A DNA stretch of 64,000 nucleotides from Capsulimonadales bacterium (GTDB taxonomy: Bacteria; Armatimonadota; Armatimonadia; Armatimonadales; Armatimonadaceae). The stretch covers positions 1 through 64,000 of the forward strand of contig JANRLW010000009.1 in the NCBI GenBank assembly GCA_033762295.1, written 5' to 3'. The notes under the pieces were generated by a model. It did no database searches. It was given only the letters and a program-made list of their open reading frames with translations, and was not told where the DNA came from. The position numbers and the translations under genes are program-made. Shown here one piece after another: positions 58,609-64,000 of the stretch. Each line of letters begins with the position of its first letter. Positions within the stretch are counted from its first letter, which is position 1.

Positions 58609-58695
58609 CCCTTTCACGGCGGAAGGGCAAAACAAGAAAGCCGGGGGCGATGGTGATCGCCCCCGGCCATGAACCTCCAACCGGGCTATCGGGCC

Positions 58696-58917
58696 TCAGT
58701 CCTTGGTGGTCTGAATTCCGGTCACCTCATCGGTGTGGAGATGCTTCCGTTGTTCGGTGTCACTCTTCGTCGCGCCGGCGTTCCCGGTCAGGAACTTCGG
58801 GCCGCTCATGTTCTTGAACACGAGAAAGCCTCCGATCGCCAGTACGATGACCCCGATCACGACCGCAATGATGGCGGGCGAGACTTCCGACCGTAGCGGA
58901 CTCTCTTCCTGTTTCAT
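58696..58917 (-). CDS. Small single-TM protein accompanying the prepilin genes
   Basis: AAGGA RBS; EVSPAIIAVVIGVIVLAIGGFLVF; starts 11 bp after the prepilin gene. Confidence 0.75.
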   Translation of the reverse strand: MKQEESPLRSEVSPAIIAVVIGVIVLAIGGFLVFKNMSGPKFLTGNAGATKSDTEQRKHLHTDEVTGIQTTKD

Positions 58918-58928
58918 CCGGTTCGTCC

Positions 58929-59942
58929 TTATTCGTCCGGCCAGAGGAAGGTCGCGAACCCGGGCGAAGGTCCTTCACAGCCGGTGCAGACCGCGCCGCT
59001 CGTATCCGGTCGCGGCGTCATGCGAAGGAACTGCTGGGGGGTCAGCGATTTGGCGTGTCCGTCCAGGAAGGTGACGGTCGTCGTTCCCTGTCCGTAGTTG
59101 TTCTTGCGGCCTTCCCAGCCACGGTCGCACTGGCCGTTGTTCGCCCCGCCCTTGTGGCGCGGCACCGGCCCGGTGTAGTTGAACATGGAGATCGCCGTGG
59201 ACGCCTGGTAATCCTCCGGCGTACCGTAGGAAGGCGTCGTGCAGAACCCGATGGCGCGGTTATCCCCCCGGTTGGTGCTACTGGTCGCCAGAGCGTCGTA
59301 GTCACCCGCGCAGAAGAGCGTGCCGTACTCCGCCGGTCGGGCGACCGCGGCCAGCGTGCGGCTCGGGAAGACACCGGCCTTGAACGAACGGCCCGGGGTG
59401 TTCTGGTTGACTACCCCCATGATGCCGTTGTAGCGCATTCCCCAGACGATGCCGAGGTCCGCGGTCCAGCCGATCGTGGCATTGGTGCCCTTACCGCCGC
59501 GCCAGGTTACCCAGTACTGGAAGTTGCCGCCGTCATGTACCCTCGCATCCGCGAACGCGCCGATGCCCTGGTATACCGCCCAGCTCACGCCGTTTCGGCT
59601 CGGAGCGACGTTCAGCGGAACGTTGCCGATATCGCCGATCTGTACCGCCTGGTTCGGGCAGATGAACAGACCGACATTCTTCGTGTACGGCTGGATCGAG
59701 TCGATCCAGGTCGCGCCGAGCAGCGCCGGGTCGTCCTGGCGGTACAGCAGCGGAACGGTCTCATCATAGTCCTGAGCATACATCAGGTAGGCAAGACCGG
59801 CCTGCTTGACGTTGTTCAGACAGGTCGTCGCGAAGGCTGCCTCGCGGGCCTGGGCGAAGACCGGGAACAGGATAGCTGCCAGAATCGCGATTATCGCGAT
59901 GACAACGAGCAACTCGATGAGCGTAAAGCCCTTGCGTATCAT
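58929..59942 (-). CDS. Prepilin-type N-terminal cleavage/methylation protein with H-X9-DG-type C-terminus (DUF1559-like)
   Basis: [49 protein letters not shown]. Confidence 0.93.
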   Translation of the reverse strand: MIRKGFTLIELLVVIAIIAILAAILFPVFAQAREAAFATTCLNNVKQAGLAYLMYAQDYDETVPLLYRQDDPALLGATWIDSIQPYTKNVGLFICPNQAVQIGDIGNVPLNVAPSRNGVSWAVYQGIGAFADARVHDGGNFQYWVTWRGGKGTNATIGWTADLGIVWGMRYNGIMGVVNQNTPGRSFKAGVFPSRTLAAVARPAEYGTLFCAGDYDALATSSTNRGDNRAIGFCTTPSYGTPEDYQASTAISMFNYTGPVPRHKGGANNGQCDRGWEGRKNNYGQGTTTVTFLDGHAKSLTPQQFLRMTPRPDTSGAVCTGCEGPSPGFATFLWPDE

Positions 59943-60046
59943 TCTTCGGCTCCTTATGGTCAGGCAAGAACCCCCCGGATCTCAACTATCCGACGAATGG
60001 GTTCCTCGCTGACGTTACAATCTTCGTAGACTTGACGAGCGACGAC

Positions 60047-60826
60047 TTAGTTGAACGGCTGCGGGAAGTACTTCGCCGGGTTGTCCGCCGGATACAGACC
60101 GTTGCGCGGAACCGACTTGACATGGCCGTCCAGGAACGCCAGGTTCGCCTGCACGTTGTGGCGGGAGGAACCGGCCGCCCAGTCCGGGTTGTTGGCATCG
60201 CGAATCGCCGCGAACCCGTTCCACCGGTCCGAACCGGTCAGATACGCGCCCGGCTTGATCGGCGACTGATCGTTGGTGAACGGCGCGGCCGTCGCCATCA
60301 GAACGCCGCCATCGACGAACATACAAACCTCGGCCGGCTGCGGAAACTTCACGGTCTGGCCCAGGTAGAAGTTGTAGAGATAGCTGGTGTGCACCGGTCG
60401 CTGATAGCTTCCCGGATTCGGCGCCAGGTTCGGCGAAATGCTGCCGGTGACGTTGCGGGAGACATCGTCCGGGCAGATCAGGATGTCGTTGTTCTTCGTA
60501 TAGGCGAAGATCATCTGCGGCCAGCCGACCTGGTTCGGCGCTTCCAATCCGGCCAGAGTGACGTTGCCCTGCGGCGCGCGGTCATCGTAGTCGACCTGAT
60601 ACTGCTTGACCGCCAGCGCGATCTGTTTCAGGTTGCTGATACACGTCGCGGCGCGAGCCTTGCCGCGCGCCTGTCCGAAGACCGGGAAAAGAATCGCGGC
60701 GAGAATCGCGATAATGGCGATAACCACGAGCAATTCAATCAGGGTGAAACCCGCGCGGGACGTTCCTGCGGAGGTCTGCACCGGAGAGGACCCGGCCCGA
60801 ATTCCGAGCTTGTCAGATTGCTTCAT
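60047..60826 (-). CDS. Prepilin-type N-terminal cleavage/methylation protein with H-X9-DG motif (DUF1559-like)
   Basis: [40 protein letters not shown] before ATG 60826. Confidence 0.93.
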   Translation of the reverse strand: MKQSDKLGIRAGSSPVQTSAGTSRAGFTLIELLVVIAIIAILAAILFPVFGQARGKARAATCISNLKQIALAVKQYQVDYDDRAPQGNVTLAGLEAPNQVGWPQMIFAYTKNNDILICPDDVSRNVTGSISPNLAPNPGSYQRPVHTSYLYNFYLGQTVKFPQPAEVCMFVDGGVLMATAAPFTNDQSPIKPGAYLTGSDRWNGFAAIRDANNPDWAAGSSRHNVQANLAFLDGHVKSVPRNGLYPADNPAKYFPQPFN

Positions 60827-61170
60827 ACGTACTGCTCCTGTAAACCGTGCGTTCACGATACGTCGTTGTGCGGCTCCTTTTGGTCGGCCCGTCCGCTCCC
60901 CCGGTGATATCCGCCCGGAACGGGAAGAAGGAGGAAAGGATTCGGCCCGCCGATGGATCGGATGAATGATTCGAACGGATGTCGACCCGGTGCTTCCGAA
61001 ACGGTCGCCGAGTCGAAATGAGGAAATGATCGAGAATGCCGTTGCCCATCCGCCCGGCGTCGGAACGAGCAAGAGTGTCCGTACCGGCGACCGCGCCAGC
61101 GGAAGAGAAGAGCGGATTCTTTATCTCGACCTTCATGCCCGAGAGCTTCCTTACTGATCGGATAGCCCAA

Positions 61171-61199
61171 ATTATAACGAGTAAACTTTACTTTGTCAA
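61171..61199 (-). promoter_or_regulatory. Consensus sigma70 promoter with operator in the spacer
   Basis: TTGACA-17 bp-TATAAT; palindrome AGTAAA-c-TTTACT at 61180-61192. Confidence 0.88.
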
Positions 61200-61298
61200 C
61201 GCTTTATTGAGATAAATAATCGGAGGAACGGGACGATCCTCCCCAGCGAACGAACCCCGACCCGGACAGGCCGGGGTTTGCCTCCCTTGACCGGCGTT

Positions 61299-62402
61299 TC
61301 AACCGAAAAGGTTCGGCGTACCCGAAGAGCCGTCCTCGATCTTTTCCGGACGGGGGCGATACGGGAGGCCGAGATGCTCGTACGCGCCGCGGGTCGCCAG
61401 CCGTCCGCGCGGCGTCCGATTCAGGAATCCGAGCATCATCAGGTACGGTTCGTAGACATCCTCGATCGTATCCCGCTCCTCCTGAAGCGTCGCGGCGATC
61501 GTCTCGATCCCGACCGGGCCGCCGTCGAACTTCTCGATCAACGTTCGAAGGAACCGTCGGTCGAAATCATCCAGACCGAGTCCATCGACGCCCTGCATTT
61601 TCAATGCGGCGTCCGCAATCTCCGACGTGATCGAACCGTCGCCGCGTACCTGAGCGTAGTCCCGTGCCCGCTTCAACAAGCGGTTGGCGATACGTGGCGT
61701 TCCTCGCGACCGACGCGCCAGTCCGAACGCGCCCTCCTCATCGATCGGGACATTCAAAAGGTCCGCCGAGCGGGTGATAATCCGCGCCAGATCCTCCGGG
61801 TTGTAAAACTCGAAATAGTGTGTGATCCCGAAACGGTCGCGCAACGGATTGGTCAGCAGGCCGGGTCGGGTGGTCGCGCCGATCAGCGTGAAACGGGGCA
61901 GCGGAATCTTGATGGTTCTGGCCGAAGCCCCCTGTCCGATCGTCATATCCATCTCATAATCCTCCATCGCCGGGTAGAGGTACTCCTCCGAAAGCCGGTT
62001 CAGACGATGGATCTCGTCGATGAACAGAACGCTGTTTTGCTCCAGATTCGTCAGAATCGCGACCAGGTCGCCCGGCTTCTCAATCGCAGGAGCCGAGGTC
62101 GCCCGCAGATTCGCCCCCATTTCCGCAGCGATGACGTTGGCGAGCGAGGTTTTCCCCAGACCGGGCGGACCGTGCAGGAGAATATGGTCGAGCGGTTCCT
62201 GACGCATTCGCGCCGCCGCCAGAGCGATTCCCAGGTTTTCCTTGATCTTCGGCTGACCGATGTATTCGGACAGACGCTTGGGACGGAGCGAAAACTCTTC
62301 CTTATCGGCCGCGCTATTGAAACGCCCGCCGACGATCCGGTCGTCTCGACCGTCGTCTCCTCCGTCTCCGCCATGACTCAGTGTGGATGATTGGATCGGC
62401 AT
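61299..62402 (-). CDS. ruvB: Holliday junction helicase RuvB
   Basis: [48 protein letters not shown]. Confidence 0.98.
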   Translation of the reverse strand: MPIQSSTLSHGGDGGDDGRDDRIVGGRFNSAADKEEFSLRPKRLSEYIGQPKIKENLGIALAAARMRQEPLDHILLHGPPGLGKTSLANVIAAEMGANLRATSAPAIEKPGDLVAILTNLEQNSVLFIDEIHRLNRLSEEYLYPAMEDYEMDMTIGQGASARTIKIPLPRFTLIGATTRPGLLTNPLRDRFGITHYFEFYNPEDLARIITRSADLLNVPIDEEGAFGLARRSRGTPRIANRLLKRARDYAQVRGDGSITSEIADAALKMQGVDGLGLDDFDRRFLRTLIEKFDGGPVGIETIAATLQEERDTIEDVYEPYLMMLGFLNRTPRGRLATRGAYEHLGLPYRPRPEKIEDGSSGTPNLFG

Positions 62403-62423
62403 TCTCCGGCCTTCCGCGCGAGG

Positions 62424-63056
62424 CTACTTGCTGAGTCGGTTCAGAGCCGTCCGGAGCAGCAAGGCGAATTCCGGTTTCTCCCCGTCCTTCTCCTTCTCCG
62501 CTACCGCACCCTCCGCCGCCCTCCGCGCATCATTTTTGTTATAACCCAGGTTTTCCAGCGCCGAGGCGACGTCCTCGAGAAGAGTCTCCCGATCGCTTCG
62601 CGTCCTGGCTTTGGAACTCGAGGCCAACATATCCACTCGCCGCTCAAAGCCCAGAGCGGAAAACTTATCTTTTAATTCCACTACCAAACGCTGGGCCGTC
62701 CGCGCCCCGATCCCCGGCACCTTGGTCAGTCGCCGGACGTCCTCCTGACTGACCGCCTGCGCCAGTTCCTCGGCCGGAAGAGCCGATAGCAGCGCCAACG
62801 CCGCCTTCGGCCCGATACCGCTCACCGTCAGCAGGAGTTGAAAGACCTTCAACTCCTGCTCGGTATTGAAACCGTACAGACTGAGGTCATCCTCGCGTAC
62901 GATCAGGTGGGTCAGCAGGCGGATCGGTTGACCGGTCTCCGGCAACGTCTCCAGCACCGACACCGGCACGTTCACCCGATATCCGATCCCGTGTACGTCC
63001 ACAATCACCGCGCCCGCGCCCGTCCGTCCGACCGTCCCGGACACCTCTGCGATCAC
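62424..63056 (-). CDS. ruvA: Holliday junction DNA-binding protein RuvA
   Basis: VHGIGY, VREDDLSLYGF, VSGIGPKAA, VPGIGARTA, LENLGY. Confidence 0.97.
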   Translation of the reverse strand: MIAEVSGTVGRTGAGAVIVDVHGIGYRVNVPVSVLETLPETGQPIRLLTHLIVREDDLSLYGFNTEQELKVFQLLLTVSGIGPKAALALLSALPAEELAQAVSQEDVRRLTKVPGIGARTAQRLVVELKDKFSALGFERRVDMLASSSKARTRSDRETLLEDVASALENLGYNKNDARRAAEGAVAEKEKDGEKPEFALLLRTALNRLSK

Positions 63057-63093
63057 GTTCCCTCACCCCTTCCTTATCCCGCCGGTTCCCACG

Positions 63094-63510
63094 TCATTGC
63101 ACCCAGTGCCGTATCTGTCCGCCATCGCGCCGTACCAGCAAGAGACCGAGCGCGCGCGGATAGAGACGTTTCACGGCCTCGCACGCCTCGGCGAGCGGAT
63201 GACGGTGTACCTGGACCGGTTCCCGGACCCACCGTCCACCGATCGATCGCACCTGCGCCATACCCGCCGCCCAGCGTTCCGCGGTTTCAGCCTCCGGAAA
63301 CGCAAGTACCCAGAAAGACGGTGAATTATTCGAAGGCAGGTCCTCCGATCCTTCCCGGTAGAACGCATGGGACACCCGCTGCGGAAAATAAATCAGGAAA
63401 AGCTCGTCCGGGTAGCTGTCGCCGAGCAACCCGCGCACGACCTCGTCGGCCTCCGGACGGAGACCGGGCGGTTCGACGGGGGGAGGCAATACTTCCGGGA
63501 CAACGGCCAT
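63094..63510 (-). CDS. Hypothetical protein
   Basis: GAAGGAAG RBS; co-oriented and 37 bp upstream of ruvA. Confidence 0.6.
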   Translation of the reverse strand: MAVVPEVLPPPVEPPGLRPEADEVVRGLLGDSYPDELFLIYFPQRVSHAFYREGSEDLPSNNSPSFWVLAFPEAETAERWAAGMAQVRSIGGRWVREPVQVHRHPLAEACEAVKRLYPRALGLLLVRRDGGQIRHWVQ

Positions 63511-63584
63511 TCCGGCAACTTCCTTCTCGGAGCGCTCGTCAGAAAAAGCCCTCGATTACGCCTGTTATACCTCGTAATGCCTCG

Positions 63585-64000
63585 TTATTGCCCGTCATCC
63601 TCCCGGAACCGACCGGTCAGCGGCAATGTTCCGGCATGGCACTCGGTTTCGACCACGGGCCAGGCCAGCAGCGGCATTCCGTCGAACCGGGCGCTGTCGC
63701 CGGAACCGGACGCCTCCGAAAAACCGAACGTCGCCGCATAGGTCTTCCAGCCACCGGGAGGCACCTCCTCGACAACGAACTCCAGTTCCATTGTCCAGCG
63801 AACCCGCCCCGCTCCCTGCGCCGGTTCATCCGTCACCTCGCTCACGGTCAGACGGGAGGGCACGACCGGGCCTTCCGGACTCCGCACCGTCACCGGCTGC
63901 GGGCAGACCTCGCGGCGCATCGGGAACGACGCGGCGAACCGCACCCGACCGGACCCCGCCTGATCCGTCCGGTTAAAGACGACCAGAGCACGGGTCGGCG
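63585..64000 (-). CDS. Hypothetical protein, C-terminal part; frame open to the window end
   Basis: PTRALVVFNRT...VEEVPPGGWKTY; beta-sandwich-like. Confidence 0.5.
   Translation of the reverse strand, partial: PTRALVVFNRTDQAGSGRVRFAASFPMRREVCPQPVTVRSPEGPVVPSRLTVSEVTDEPAQGAGRVRWTMELEFVVEEVPPGGWKTYAATFGFSEASGSGDSARFDGMPLLAWPVVETECHAGTLPLTGRFREDDGQ

Noticed and set aside
60813..61136. 107-aa ORF in the prepilin operon leader
   Set aside because: It has a plausible RBS but no recognisable protein features, so it was not called as a CDS.
1..64000. tRNA, rRNA, integrase, transposase or prophage genes
   Set aside because: None recognised by eye; tRNAscan-SE and Infernal would be needed to exclude small RNAs formally.

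Overview
GC-rich bacterial chromosomal segment, probably Armatimonadota. That is an inference from a PEP-CTERM protein, prepilin/H-X9-DG proteins, a DUF1800/DUF1501 pair and multiple PhyH dioxygenases. Housekeeping genes include an isc Fe-S operon (Rrf2-iscS-iscU-iscA-hscB), sucC/sucD, acnA, an OGG-type glycosylase, ychF and ruvA/ruvB. Accessory genes include an AraC plus three PhyH genes, two ABC export systems, a GAF histidine kinase with an HTH-less NtrC-like regulator, a Wzc-like protein, arsenic-related genes, a MerR-vWA pair and a prepilin/CRTAC1 cluster. I saw no rRNA, tRNA, CRISPR array or intact mobile element. The two best novelty candidates are: (1) a possible DNA-damage signalling module made of an IrrE/ImmA peptidase-UvrD helicase-Fe/S nuclease-like fusion (38355-41546) and an unusual sigma factor with a partner HTH protein (22617-24075), which share an upstream TATAATGGGC element; (2) a highly nested structured-RNA leader (19552-19696) in front of a three-repeat helical protein. 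All calls come from motif recognition by eye; no database searches were run.
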